Notes: a model not told the origin generated them from the letters alone. A stretch of DNA of 63,848 nucleotides, filler included, from Globobulimina sp. (GCA_003354225.1; 47 parts of 47 records of this genome joined end to end with filler, not necessarily neighbours in it), one strand, 5' to 3'; shown: positions 10,897 through 24,525, counted from the whole stretch's first letter. Numbers and translations are program-made.

Positions 10897-11998
10897 ACCA
10901 GATGGCATCATATCCCAAGTACAACCAGTTGTTACATTTCCTAAACAAGCCCAAGTTCAAAAGCCGATACGCCAATCAGATGCCGTGGTAAAGTATGACA
11001 AACCCAGACAAGAAGAGGTAGATGTTGAAGAACGCGTGCCATCAGATGAATGTGTGCAAGTAATGGAAACACCTAAAGATTTATTTCGATCGTCATATGG
11101 AATGAGGCCTACGACACTTTCAGCCCAATCCATGGATACAAACCAAACAGAGAAACGTGAGACGGTACAAGGTTATGTGAACAGACATGCTAAACTCATT
11201 CAAACAATCACCAAACCTAAACCATTACCTCCCATAATCATCGTCGGCTCCAAAGCCAAGCAGATGGAGAAGCCCAAACCATTGTTTCGTTCGTTTCAAG
11301 GTCCAAAGCCAACAAATTTATCTCAGGAGGTGATTGATAAGAACAAACCAGGTCAAAAAGAAACTGACGAACCGGTCGAACATCAGATGGATAGACACGC
11401 TCAAACGATTGACGCTCTTAGAGTGGCACAGAAACAAGATGTAGAAATTGAACCAAAAACTTTGTTGCGATCAGAAATGGTGACCAATGGAAAAGCAACA
11501 GCTCTATCGACAGACATTATGGAACCATCGGGTCAAACCAAAGAGTCCTTAGAACCCATGGAGAAACAGTTGGATAAACAAGCGAAGGTTATTGAAGATG
11601 TTATATGTCGACAAAAGATCAAATCACCTACTGCAAAAGCAACACCGGCCCTTATACCAACGAAAACCATAGTTTCACTACCTCAGAAGACCGATGCAGC
11701 ACATGTTTGTAGAATTTCGACCCCTCAGATAAGCCCAGTTCCTGCACCGACAAAGACAATGATAGTACCATTACCTCCGAAAAGTTTGACACCAATTGAT
11801 ACTGGATCGACGCCACAAAAAAGGACGACCCCTATTCTTACCAAAAGGACAAATAAACCAATTGTTATGATGAAACAACATCAACCAACGACTATTAACA
11901 AGCCGACAGTGACACAAAATGGTGAAGTTGGACTCCCCAAGAATACGACGACAGAAACCAAAGTAGAAAAGACCAAGGATCCAGCTGAACAACAATGA
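10897..11998 (+). CDS. Unknown Pro/Thr/Lys-rich protein with three ~55-65-aa repeats, 5' partial
   Basis: PK.L(F/L)RS...(P/A)T.LS...(R/K)(H/Q)A..I unit occurs three times. Confidence 0.6.
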
Positions 11999-12333
11999 TT
12001 TATGTGACACAAATATATTTCTCTTACTGACTTTATAAATATTGATTTCTTACTGGTTTTGTTCTAAAACTAATAAAAATGATTACTTAATGCATTTTTC
12101 AGTAGATGAAACAGCAAAAATGTAGGGCTATCAGCATCGGCGATTGCATTGCAGTTCCNNNNNNNNNNNNNNNNNNNNNNNNNNNNNNNNNNNNNNNNNN
12201 NNTTAATTAATTAANNNNNNNNNNNNNNNNNNNNNNNNNNNNNNNNNNNNNNNNNNNNAAAACCCTTTGCGTGGCTCTATGGCTCGCTTGCAGAGCAGAA
12301 CCTTGTTGTTGAAAATTGGTAAAGTGCCGCAAA

Positions 12334-13520
12334 TCATGCGAGGGTTTTGATAATGGATTTGAATACGTATTCTAAGTCTGTATCTTTGATGATTTTTAAT
12401 TGTTTTATGTGCGAGATTGTGCTGAAATGCTTACTTAAATCCGTAGCTAACACCGAATATACACATTGTTTACGGAATTCTTTCTTATTCATTTTGTCCC
12501 ATTTCGAGGTGAAATCCATTTCGTTTTCGTATTTTTTGAGTGCAGCAAAGGTGTATTGCAAGTGATGATATTCTAATACAGATTGGTCTGAATATAGTAT
12601 GGCTTTCTCACTCAATATATTTATCTCAAATGCATTGTTATTGCCCGGATGATCTACGTCGTGAATGATAGCGGAGATAAACGCTGCAAATATCTGCAAA
12701 GTGGACATCATTTCCAATATGGATTCGTCCAAACAATCGATAAAGATCATAGTCGATAGCATCACTTCAGTCGCATGCATTCGATTATGATACGTATTAT
12801 TTTTATGATATGACCGCTCGATAAATAGCACAAAATTGTAGAATTTCTCAATGGAAATATTCAATTTCGACACAAAATCGTATTTTGGACGCAAGAAAAT
12901 GCACATAGCCGCATGTAATAATGGATGCTCAGTCAATGCATCCAATTCAATCGAATCCATACTACCATCAAAGGCCATGATCATTGCGGTTAACTTATCA
13001 ATGGCAGGTGTTATATGCAGTAATTTTCTCAACAAATTCTCGCCAGAAATCTCTATTAAAATTTCGTCCTTAATAATACCGACAATATCAACCTCACATT
13101 TAACATTCTTCTCATCCATTTCATCATATTTGCGCTCATTCTGCTCATCATCCATCGCATGTTTCTGCGGTGTGATGGCAAGTAATACATTTAACCGTTT
13201 GTCAGATTTCTGCGGCGATTCTGTATCATGCGATGTAACCGGCGTAATCAAGACATGTTTAATATCCTCCTCCACAGTGCCCTTTGTGGTGGGACTGGCA
13301 AAATCAAAGCGTGGCGTATTATAATTGTCCTGCATGGAATGCTTAGATAACAGCGTCTGTGCTAAAAAACGTTTGGTGTCCACATCTAATTCGTCATCCA
13401 ACTCGATTTTCTCCTCAATATTGCCTTTATAATGCGATTGGTTTTCTTGTTTAAAATACTGCCAATAATAAAAAATGAGGCCAGTGCTAAATGTGCCAGC
13501 CATTGCTTTTGCAAATTTTG
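12334..13520 (-). CDS. Class I cyclic-nucleotide phosphodiesterase, partial
   Basis: [41 protein letters not shown]. Confidence 0.95.
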
Positions 13521-13620
13521 NNNNNNNNNNNNNNNNNNNNNNNNNNNNNNNNNNNNNNNNNNNNTTAATTAATTAANNNNNNNNNNNNNNNNNNNNNNNN
13601 NNNNNNNNNNNNNNNNNNNN

Positions 13621-14882
13621 TTATGTCAAAATAAAAATATGACAGCTGTATGTACAGTATACTTAAGACATCAAGGAGCCAAAAATGCGTTAGATACAAA
13701 TACAAAAATTTGCCAGAGACTTGCAAACCATATTAATTGGTGCAAAATACGAAATTATAATATCATAATAGTAGGAGATTTTAATGGTCATATTGGCAAT
13801 GATGATTTGGGTATCATTGGCAATCATGATCCAATAAATAATAATGGACATATTATAAGAAATTTTATTAAAGATACAAATATGATATTAGCTAATAGAG
13901 ATAAAGAAACTACAGGTACATGGACATGGGGGTATCACAAGAAAAATACAAAACCACAAATATTAGATTTAATATTAAGAAGTGAAAATGTTATTAATGT
14001 AAATATTAATATTGACGAAGAAAATATTATATATGGAAATGGAAATAAAGACCACTGTTTTATACATGGCAAATTCAAAGTAAAATATAGATCAATATCA
14101 GGTGACACAGATATTAAGAAAAAAAGATGGAATATTAGGGATGATACGGATTGGATTATTTATAAAAAAGATATTAAAAGAAAATTAGAGGACAGACAAT
14201 CATTAAAAGATATTGATGAGAATGAAATAATAGATATTATAGAAAAATCGGGAGAAGAAACAATAGGATATAAAAATTATAAAATTAAAAAACCAAGAGA
14301 ATCAAAACAAATTCAACAAATATCATTAGAAATTAGAAATATTAGGAAAAAATTAAGACATAAATTAGAATTTAAAGGAAATTTAATTAATGAATTATTC
14401 ATAAAAATTAGAGAGAAAAAACAAATATTAATGAGAGCTGAAATGGCTAGAATAGAAAAAGCACATGATAAATGGATTAAAAATCCAAAAAGAAAATTTC
14501 ATCAATTATATGATACTATGAAAACTCTAAAAAGAGGAGTAATAGAAAAGGTAACATTAATTGATGATGATAAAAATCCAATCATAGGAGAAGAAAATAT
14601 TAAAGCACATATATCAGAATTTTGGGATGACATATTTACTTTAGGAATTTGGCCTGAGGCTAATGATAAGATTAAAAGACTTGGAATGAGTAATATCATT
14701 AAAGGAGCAGATAAATTAGATTTAGAAAGTGAAATAACAACTAAAGAATTAAAAGATGCAATTAATAAATTAAAAAATAACACTTCATCCGGATCAACTA
14801 ATTTACCACCAGAATTTCTTAAAAATTGGCTAATAGAGATGATAGAAACTGTTAAAATACTATTTAACAAATGGTACGATAC
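13621..14882 (+). mobile_element. LINE (non-LTR retrotransposon) ORF2: APE endonuclease plus linker to RT
   Basis: VGDFNGH, TWT, LDLIL and DH endonuclease motifs; ITTKELKDAINKLKNNTSSG pre-RT motif. Confidence 0.92.
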
Positions 14883-14982
14883 NNNNNNNNNNNNNNNNNN
14901 NNNNNNNNNNNNNNNNNNNNNNNNNNTTAATTAATTAANNNNNNNNNNNNNNNNNNNNNNNNNNNNNNNNNNNNNNNNNNNN

Positions 14983-16115
14983 TGAAGAAGGCGAAGCAAT
15001 CGCAGATAATAAATGGAAGCGATTACGATGCAAAACGACTACAATGACATATTCAACAACATGGGTGAAATGCATTTACATCATGGTTGCTGTTATCTGC
15101 ATTCCAATTGGTGTAATCACATACAATCTCTCCCAATCAGTTAAGCGTTCATTCTTTATACGTGACAGATATCTGCGAATAACCGTATCACTCCCAACCA
15201 TAGGTTGTCATACAAGAATTCCCGGCATATGACAGCATCTCAGCGTGTGCCTTGTCAGAGCACACAAAAAATGAGAGCTGGGGCAAAACCTGCGTCATTA
15301 ATTACACTTTGGAGCACGATTTCTCTCCACCCATCTATTTCCATTACAAATTAACTAATTTTTATCAGAATCACCGTTCCTATGTCAAGTCCCGCAGCGA
15401 GGATCAGTTGCAAAATAAGGATATCTATGATCTAGAACATTGTGACCCGAATGAGGTGAAAACCTCTCAAGTTGCAGCTTATAAAGGCCATGCTATGCTG
15501 CCGTGTGGATTGATTGCAAACTCCTTCTTCAATGACAAATATAAGGCCACTTACTTCGAATTAAGTGACGACTCTGCTCCCGTTGTAGTTCACTTTTGTG
15601 ATACCGCCCAATGTGCTGCAAACGAACAGGCTGACGGGGTCTCATGGAGTGAGGCCACCTGGTTCGCGTCACCCAATTGGGAGAATAGTGATATTGCATG
15701 GAAATCGGATGTAAATGGGAAATTTGAGGAAACCACACAGGTTACGGGCAAAACCAGTGATATCAACACGTTGCAGTCGTGGCAGAGGGTCACGTTGCCA
15801 GATACTGACGATGAGGATTTTATTGTGTGGATGAGAACGGCGACTATTGCCACATTCTCAAAGCTACATCGGATTATTAATGGGCAGAGCTTGAAGAAAG
15901 GATCGATTTTGCAAGTTACTATAAAGAATTATTTTGGCACTTCGACTTTTGACGGACAGAAATCAGTGTTGATTACTACCAATTCGTCGTTAGGCGGAAG
16001 GAATGATGTGTTGGGCATTGCTTTTATGATTATTGGGAGCTTGTCGTTGTTGACTGCGGTTTGTTTCCAATTATTAATACCACCTAAAAGGTCCACGGAT
16101 TTCCATGATATGTAG
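14983..16115 (+). CDS. CDC50: CDC50/LEM3 family P4-ATPase beta subunit
   Basis: YKLTNFYQNHRSYVKSR, PCGLIANSFFND, DFIVWMRTA, LGGRN; intron 15140..15203. Confidence 0.95.
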
Positions 16116-16360
16116 ATATTTTATATGTATTGTATTGTTTTTAACTTATTGTTTGTGTAACTTTTTTTTTTGATCAGTTCAGGGATTCGCACTATTGAGA
16201 GCGAATTAGAAACTGCGGTTGTTATGGATTATAGGAATGGGAATNNNNNNNNNNNNNNNNNNNNNNNNNNNNNNNNNNNNNNNNNNNNTTAATTAATTAA
16301 NNNNNNNNNNNNNNNNNNNNNNNNNNNNNNNNNNNNNNNNNNNNATATTTCAAAAAAACA

Positions 16361-16478
16361 TTGATTTTTTTAAATATTAATATTCCATAAATTTGATTTT
16401 TTTAAATATAAATATTTCATAAATTTGATTTTTTAAAATATTAATATTTCATAAATCCAGTTTAATATTCCATAAATT
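16361..16478. repeat. ~32-bp AT-rich minisatellite, probably intronic
   Basis: ttgatttttttaaatattaatatt(t)cataaat repeated about 3.5 times. Confidence 0.75.
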
Positions 16479-16511
16479 CATAATGATGTCAGAATGTGCG
16501 TCATAATATAG

Positions 16512-17324
16512 CGGATTTTAATGTCTTTACAAGATTGTTTCTGGTCTGCTTTTGATACAATACAACAACGAATTGAATTTGAACAAGCTGATAAATTGGT
16601 GATGGATAAACGTGCTCCAAATTCCAATGAAAATAATAATTCAAACTCAAACAATACTATTAACGCCGCATCAAATTCATCAAATTCGAATAGATCAAAT
16701 AATGTTAAACCTGGGATGTTTGATTGGGGAACAGAATGGGACCAAATAGCTTTTGACATAACAGCAATGTCAATGCGATGTCAGCCGCGTCATTCAACAA
16801 ATTATGCTCCATTGACTGCGCTAACAATGAAAGAACCTGTTTTAGATTCTTCAGCTGTTGTTGAACATGAATGGGATGACAATTATTACGATGATGAATA
16901 TGCAGCGTTAACGAAGCACTCCTTTGATGAAAGAATGGCAAATTTTAAAACTTTCAGAGCAAAATTAAAAGTTTCACTGCGTAGATCAAAGTTTGCAATG
17001 AAGAAAAAATGGGATGCAAAGCGTGGATGTGGTAAACAGGTAAAAGTTGGAGACCCAGTGGTGTTTAGAAATAGTAAAGGTAGCAGAACCAACGTTGTAA
17101 GAGCGAATCAAACGTGGCTACCTGAAACTGGATATGCATTATTACGACATACATCAGATGGTGGTGTTTGTAAAATTGATATTTTTGATAAATATAATAA
17201 TTTACTGAAAAAGGATAAGTTTGTAAGAGTTGAAAATTTAAAGTTTGATCCAACATATACGGCACAGAAAATAACTGGTCGTAAAAGAAAAATATCTGAA
17301 ATTGAGGATGAAGATTCTCAATAA
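16512..17324 (+). mobile_element. C-terminal part of a retroviral-type integrase (Ginger/Gypsy-like) with an SH3-like GPY/F-type module
   Basis: WDQIAFDI...MRCQPRHSTNYAP, then KKKWDAKR...VKVGDPVVFRN...W...VRVENLK; preceded by an AG acceptor at 16510-16511. Confidence 0.65.
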
Positions 17325-17974
17325 ATTGAGGATGAAGTGTATTCTCAATGTAATATTTGTTTATTTAATAAAATATTTTGTTTATTTAATATAAAAGTTG
17401 CGTTCAGTCCTATTCAGTCCATCCATTGTAAAAACCATTGAAAAAGATTATGCGTTAAGTATGAAAAAGCGTTAAGTATGATTATGAAAAAACATCTTAA
17501 GCGTTAAGTATAAAATGATGATATTTTAGTTTGCTGGATATTGTAAATGAGATCATTTTACATGGAACTCATGCTACAGAATTTTGATTTAATGCGTTAA
17601 AACAANNNNNNNNNNNNNNNNNNNNNNNNNNNNNNNNNNNNNNNNNNNNTTAATTAATTAANNNNNNNNNNNNNNNNNNNNNNNNNNNNNNNNNNNNNNN
17701 NNNNNTGCATACTCATACAAACCCATACAAACGCCAAATTATACGCGTTTAAAATAAAAACAATCCAAACCATTATACAAAATCTCAAAACCAATCCTTT
17801 CAAACCAATCTACAGGGAAAGTATCTTTTGGAATCTATCGTTTATTTAAACTGAGTTGTTTTTAGAATGTCCGAACATTTCACAATTCACCCCCGACTTT
17901 TCGGACTTTAGAATTGTACAAATAAAAATATAAAAAATGAATTATAGGTTATATAAAAACACTATCAATGCGTT

Positions 17975-18966
17975 TTAGCCACTGCACCATCTTCTTTTTT
18001 TAGGTGGTGCTACTGGTCGTACTCTCTCATTCAGATCAATTATATTTTGCATTTTTCTTATTTTTTTCGGTGGTGCGATTGGTTGTACTCTCTCATTCAA
18101 ATCAATTTTATTTTGCATTTCTTCTATTTTTTGTTCCAACAAAAATACCTTTTCTAAATTAATATCTTTCTTTGCTTCTCGATAACTGCAAACTGTACAA
18201 AATCGACAGGTATTACTATTAATATATGTACATTGCTCACATTCCCATTCACCAAATGTTTGCTGTACATCATTAATATCATTCCAATCCGGTCCATGGT
18301 ATTTTTCTCCATTGTCATCATATTTTTGTTCTTCATGTGTCGGCGTCTTATTATTATCTCTTCTTTTATTCATCACTGCTTCTGCTGCGGTTAAAAATAC
18401 ATTCCGTACATTACTCCCTGTTTTGGCACTACATTCACAATACATTGTATCGAATTTCTTCCAATCCGGATGTTTTATAATACTCACTGCCTTCACCTCG
18501 TCGGGTTTATCTTCAGCACCAACATTGTTTGCATGGTCTAACGCAAACCCACCGGCGAATTGTGTATCCAACAAATGTCCATCATCATTGTTGATGCATT
18601 CTTTGTCATTATTAAGTTTTCTTTCTTGTTGCTCCCTTCTTATATCACCTTTACATCCGACTAGTATAACAATCACTTCATCGCCAGCATAATTCTCAAT
18701 TTGTTTTCTCCATTTTGTGCAATTATCCAATGTCTTTTCATCTGAAACATCATAGCAAACAATAATTGCATCTGCTCGACGATAATAATTCCGGCACAAA
18801 CTTTGGTATCTTTCCTGACCTTAATATACAAATAATATATAATTATACATGATTTTGTTAGCTATGGCCCCGGCATTAGCATACCTGCAGTGTCCCAAAT
18901 TTCCAATTCCATAATAGAATTATCACTCAACTGTTCATTACGTAAAACATTATCAAACCCCAAACT
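17975..18966 (-). CDS. Rab-family GTPase with a RanBP2-type zinc finger in an extended C-terminus, 5' partial
   Basis: IWDTAG/QERY (intron 18820..18884), YYRRAD, VGCKGD, ECSAKTG; WECEQCTYINSNTCRFCTVC; ends WCSG*. Confidence 0.9.
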
Positions 18967-19066
18967 NNNNNNNNNNNNNNNNNNNNNNNNNNNNNNNNNN
19001 NNNNNNNNNNTTAATTAATTAANNNNNNNNNNNNNNNNNNNNNNNNNNNNNNNNNNNNNNNNNNNN

Positions 19067-20247
19067 TACACAGCTGGTTATTATTTACCAGGTACGTATT
19101 GGTGTGGGTATACTCGGTGGAAGTTCTACGTTTTACCGGTTGCGGCACAGATTTCACCTGAATCGACGTCTCCGTCACCGATATAGATATTTTATCCACT
19201 CGCATATCACTGATAAGTACAGATTTTGTTGTTGACAGATCGTGTTCGGATAATTCGATGGTCGCTGACGATCTCGGTCCAATGGCGGGCGATCTCATTG
19301 GCGTTAAAGTTAACGTTTTATCCATTGGCAGGTTTGGCACAATCACATCGATGGTCAATCTCGCTGTGGCTGTACGACTGTGCCCATTTGCACCATAGTC
19401 GCCATTTGGTTTTGTTAGTAATTGCTTTGCTTTCTCAGTATTCACAAATTTGTTGAAATATGCGGCTTTAATTTGTTCATTGTATTTCATTAAAAATACA
19501 TACAACACATACAATAACAGTAAAACCAGTGATTCCCACCAATGAATTTCATTTCTGGATATTCCACCGAAAAATAAAGCTATTTAGTTTGTACCGTATA
19601 TGGTTAATTAATTTGTATTTTGAATAGGTTTCTCTGAAAACGATATATACACAAAACTAATTATCATATAAGTTATACGTACCTAAGACTCCGAGGCAGA
19701 GCAATAAACACAGCATATCCCTGGCAAAAGGCCAGCATTGTATTTTGAGCTCGCCTGAGGTGAAAATAGCACACGAACCAACGATGAGTCCTACATTGAA
19801 AATGGCTGAACCAATAATTGTACCAAAGCCGACATCAGATTGGGCAACAAATGTACCTATAAAACATGTGAATATTTCAGGTGCGGAGGTGCCAACAGCT
19901 AACCACGTGGCCCCCGCGATGTCTTCACTGATTTGGAATTTATCTGCGATTACGTCGACGCAGGGAACAAAATAATCTTCACAAACTATGGCAATCCCTG
20001 CTATTGTATAGATCATGCCGACGAAGCATAAAGTCCACGCCCAATCTGTTAATTGTTGGTATGTAAATAATAACGGAGGGAACTCATTCAATGAAGCAAT
20101 GTAATAGTCATCGTCGACTGGCAATCTTCTCATTGTTGGTTGGGAGGGAGGGGATGTTACAAAATAATCATAGCTGTATATGACCAGTATAGATGAGATA
20201 AATGTGATTAGCAATGTAATGCATATACTGCGTTGGGAACTCGGCAT
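19067..20247 (-). CDS. K+-dependent Na+/Ca2+ exchanger (NCKX/SLC24 type), 3' partial
   Basis: IVCEDYFVP, GATWLAVGTSAPEIF, GFGTIIGSAIFN; intron 19580..19682. Confidence 0.93.
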
Positions 20248-20427
20248 GATAGAAAAAAGATTAGTTTGGAGGAATTAATGAGTAGTTCACTTCCAAAAAA
20301 GATTTGGGATTGAAGTTTTAACATTTTNNNNNNNNNNNNNNNNNNNNNNNNNNNNNNNNNNNNNNNNNNNNTTAATTAATTAANNNNNNNNNNNNNNNNN
20401 NNNNNNNNNNNNNNNNNNNNNNNNNNN

Positions 20428-21135
20428 AAAATGAATGCGATTAAAATAGCTAAATCCAACCATAATAACAAAATAAACAAATATATCCAATCCTGTAAAG
20501 ATTATGGCCGCAGATTCTGGCGGACCATAACCAATAATAATTCCAATCATACGGATACAAATAATATTCCTCCATTAACATATAAGGATAAAACTAATAT
20601 AACTGATCCAGCACAGCAAGTTAAAGCATAGCATGAGGCCATGACTAGACCTCCCAAACCTCCATCCAACCCTAAACACGACCATTGGCATAAATATGTA
20701 AATACGTTTGTACCAAAGTACCTCCGTAAAAATATATAAATACGTTTGTACCATTGCCATTGCAATATCTTCCTGCCTAGGTAGAGTTTTTGAGAAAGTC
20801 CTGGCAAACAGACTCCAACTACCAGTGCGGATTTCAAATAAATAGATGTTGCGATGATGTATTAACTTCCTTCATCGCCGATATCCAGTCCTCCCTTGAT
20901 ATGGTCAGTGAAACGGATGTTGTTTTCACGGACTTTTCCAAAGCTTATGATAGCGTTTGGCATAATTGACTGCTATACAAGCTTATACAGAATAATATAA
21001 AAGGCAATACTAATATGCGTACCTCTTATCCGGAACACTACTGTATACAAAAGTCATAGCGAAAAAGGCCGAATCTAACTGGGTAGCCCAACCTATTGGA
21101 GTACCCCAAGGATCTGCCCTATCTCCCATACTATG
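20428..21135 (+). pseudogene. Degenerate LINE reverse transcriptase
   Basis: DVVFTDFSKAYDSVWHN*LLYKL and GVPQGSALSPIL lie in different frames, with stops. Confidence 0.88.
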
Positions 21136-21788
21136 ACCTCACCACTATTTATTTTATAATTGAATTAAACAAAGCCAGAGACCATCTTATATTTACAGAT
21201 CTGCATAATGAATATCATTCTCATTGCAATCTGTTTTTTAATATAAAACACTCTACTTTAAAACTTACAAATTCCTTTTCAAACCCATGTGATTATCACA
21301 TTTTAATTAATTCAATTCAATTATTAACTCCTTGTCTTTTCAGTGGTGTCCATTCATTCGAAATAAAAACCTAGTCAGTCAGAAAAACTGCTCTGCTTAA
21401 ACTGGATCTAAACGACAAACAGTGGCAAATAAGCTACGCAATAAAGACGAAACCGAATTATAAGGTCCATCACGTTGGCACCGAGACCGCGATCTTATAC
21501 AGAAATGTCCTAAATGTTACCCCCTTAGATCCTCCACCAAATTATAACCAATCCTGTCGTACCAAAAACTGTCATATAACTAGCGTGATATTGCATAGTG
21601 GCGAAAGAGACATTGGCGTCCACTCACTATACAATTGCCCACGAAACCCGAATATTGACCAAATGTTTAATTATCCATTGACCATGGANNNNNNNNNNNN
21701 NNNNNNNNNNNNNNNNNNNNNNNNNNNNNNNNTTAATTAATTAANNNNNNNNNNNNNNNNNNNNNNNNNNNNNNNNNNNNNNNNNNNN

Positions 21789-23049
21789 CCATTATTCTCA
21801 TTATAATTTCTCGGCGACAATTTCATAATTTTATTAATTATATTCCTTGGTGATATCGAGGCAGATTTTGAGTTTGGACTTGGTGAAGGCAACAGATTAT
21901 TGCTCATACTCCGCGGCGAATCAATATTACTCAATGTCAGTCCCATTTCTCTTTTAAAATGCCTCTTATTTTTATGTTTTCGATGTCTATTTGAAATCTC
22001 CTTATTTTCCATAATAATATGAGCCAACTTATTACTCGCAATTGAATTCACATTAAACTTAACAATTCCCGGCTTTTCCTCTCCTAAATTATTCAAATCC
22101 GAATATATATCTTCTTTGGATATCAGTTCCCTTGATTTATCCTTCAAAAATTTCCCCGTTTTGCCACTTTTACTCTTAACAATGTTAACATTTCCGTTCA
22201 CAACTTCTTTTTCTGGAGCTCGCAAAAACAAGTCGCTATTCTCATCATCATTTATTTTCTTCAACTCTGCGTCCGATATTTTTGGCGACTTTGAGTTAGT
22301 ATCACCACCAAAACCCCGCGGCGTAATCACCGCAAAATGTGATGGCTCCTTGGTTGGATTTAAAAATTTGAAATTAACATCAAATTTGGGTGGGATAGGT
22401 AGCGTATTATCCGTGTTGGTTATATCTGGAGCTTGAATTTCATCCATATCCTGATCCTCATTCGTATTGTTTTGATCATCACCGTCTTCTTCAAAGTTTC
22501 GTTTTGTTTCCTCCTCGATATTAGTTCGCTTTTTGGGAGACTCTGGCTGTTGACTCCAAAAAGTGATCTCGGGATCTTTCCGCTGTTCCATCCCATTAAA
22601 AGAATCACTGTCATCCAACTCACGTAAATCTAACGCCGGCGCATTTTCTAAATCATTTTGTGAGTCGTATTCTAAATTGTGCTCATATTCAATTGCTTGG
22701 TCATCCACTGCAACATCGTAACATTCCATGACTGGCAGCTCGATGGTTGTGATTGCTGTTGTCGCTGCAATGTGGTTCAGCTTTTCATCTGCATTGTTGT
22801 CGTAATATTGATTTGTATGTTTGATTTGTGTAGAACTGTTATTTGGAGGTTTGAGAGTTTCAATATGTTGATGTTGATGCTGTGGATTGTTATTTTTGTT
22901 TCTGCAGCAAATCCAATAAAAACAGCATAGGATATTCATACAACATATTAAGAAAACTGATATGATGATTATATATTGGATCAGATTTGGAGTTGTAAAG
23001 AATTCCATAAATACAAATGTTGTATCAGAGTTGTTGTTGTTTTCAATGT
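21789..23049 (-). CDS. Unknown single-pass membrane protein with a long disordered tail, partial
   Basis: Hydrophobic segment with juxtamembrane Cys cluster, then an acidic, Asn-rich, SP-rich region. Confidence 0.6.
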
Positions 23050-23149
23050 NNNNNNNNNNNNNNNNNNNNNNNNNNNNNNNNNNNNNNNNNNNNTTAATTA
23101 ATTAANNNNNNNNNNNNNNNNNNNNNNNNNNNNNNNNNNNNNNNNNNNN

Positions 23150-23305
23150 CATCAATATATATAAGCATCAACATCAATGAAAACAGCTAATTCATTAAAT
23201 AATTTGAATATATATTTATATTATATGTTGAGATTGTTAAATTATTTATTGGATTAAGTTGATGTTGTTAAATTGCATTGATGTTGATGCTTATATATAT
23301 TGATG
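23150..23305. repeat. Inverted repeat / MITE-like element
   Basis: Perfect 30-bp IR: 23150-23179 versus 23276-23305. Confidence 0.85.
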
Positions 23306-23971
23306 TTATGTACTTAGATACAGTTTTGTATGGAGATTACAAAAATCGATATTAGAAATTGTTTTGTTGACTTCATGTGACATGATTAAGCAATAAATGT
23401 TGAAATTTTGCTAGCATTAATAATGTTGAATTAAAATAGTGATTTGAACATTTTCGACAAAAATAAATTTCATAACAATAAAATACTATATGTTTAGCAT
23501 ACTATTCTAAAATAAAAAGTACATGTTTATCACGCAGATTTTTCACAAAATTGAATTCAATCTTGACTCTTTGATTTAGCATTCCAAAATAAATGTTAAT
23601 TTTGAGCAAGTAGAAAAGCTGTGATGAAATTGCGATGCTGATATTTGCATTCAGCGCATCAAATAACCTAATTTCATATCTTTCTGTGTTTCTATAGTTA
23701 AGTTTTTGTCAAATCATGGCACCATCAAAGTCATGTGAATTTTTCGAAAAAAATAATTTTACCATCAAAAAATAGCAGACTACCACCTTTAAACACTGTT
23801 TAATTGTTACACGGAAAAAAGTGCAAGTTTGTTATTTAAAAGTTATATCTCTCTCTCTCTCTCTCTCTCCATATGTTATTTGAAAATAAGAAGTAAAGAC
23901 TAAGTCTGTAAAAGAAGTGTTAGAGAAAAGGGCTTGAATCATTGGCTTGGATTATTTAGAAAAAGAGTTAG

Positions 23972-24410
23972 TTATATATTAAATTTTAGATTGGTTTTGG
24001 TTTCAATCATATCAATGATGTCATTGACTTGCATGAGAGATTCAGCAATCGAGGCATCCCATGAATTTAAGATCAACTCATCATTATCGAACTCAATGAT
24101 GCCGTCGACTTGGTCGATGGTAGCATTTAACCGATTTTCCTGAATCATAATTCGCGCCAAGTCCTCGGCCTGAACCACGGTGACACCCAACAACTTGCTC
24201 AGTTCCACCAAACCGATGTTTTTGTACAATTGGGCGGCCGCCAACATATTATGCTCATAGATGGCCTTCTGAGTCACAGTCAGACCGCCGGCCAATTGGG
24301 CGCGGTGATGCTCCGCTAATTGTTTGCTAAAATCAGACTCATTCTTTTGAGACAATATCATATTTTTATGCATCTTTTCCAACACTTTATAATTTTTTAA
24401 TTTTTTGCTT
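23972..24410 (-). CDS. CSN4: COP9 signalosome subunit 4, C-terminal PCI region
   Basis: LEKM, AIYEHNMLAAAQLYKNI, ENRLNATIDQVDGIIEF, WDASI. Confidence 0.92.
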
Positions 24411-24525
24411 NNNNNNNNNNNNNNNNNNNNNNNNNNNNNNNNNNNNNNNNNNNNTTAATTAATTAANNNNNNNNNNNNNNNNNNNNNNNNNNNNNNNNNN
24501 NNNNNNNNNNGTAGTAGGGGCACAT

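Noticed and set aside
12334-12336. TGA readthrough or alternative genetic code at the PDE end (and near 670)
   Set aside because: Conserved genes here show no in-frame stops, and the readthrough frame does not restore the expected PDE motif; a frameshift, intron or misjoin is more likely.
12347-13324. Antisense ORFs over the PDE, and similar ones over the Rab, EF-2, recombinase and coiled-coil genes
   Set aside because: Shadow ORFs of real coding sequence, with no motifs of their own.
23848-23869. (CT)n microsatellite
   Set aside because: Ordinary simple repeat.
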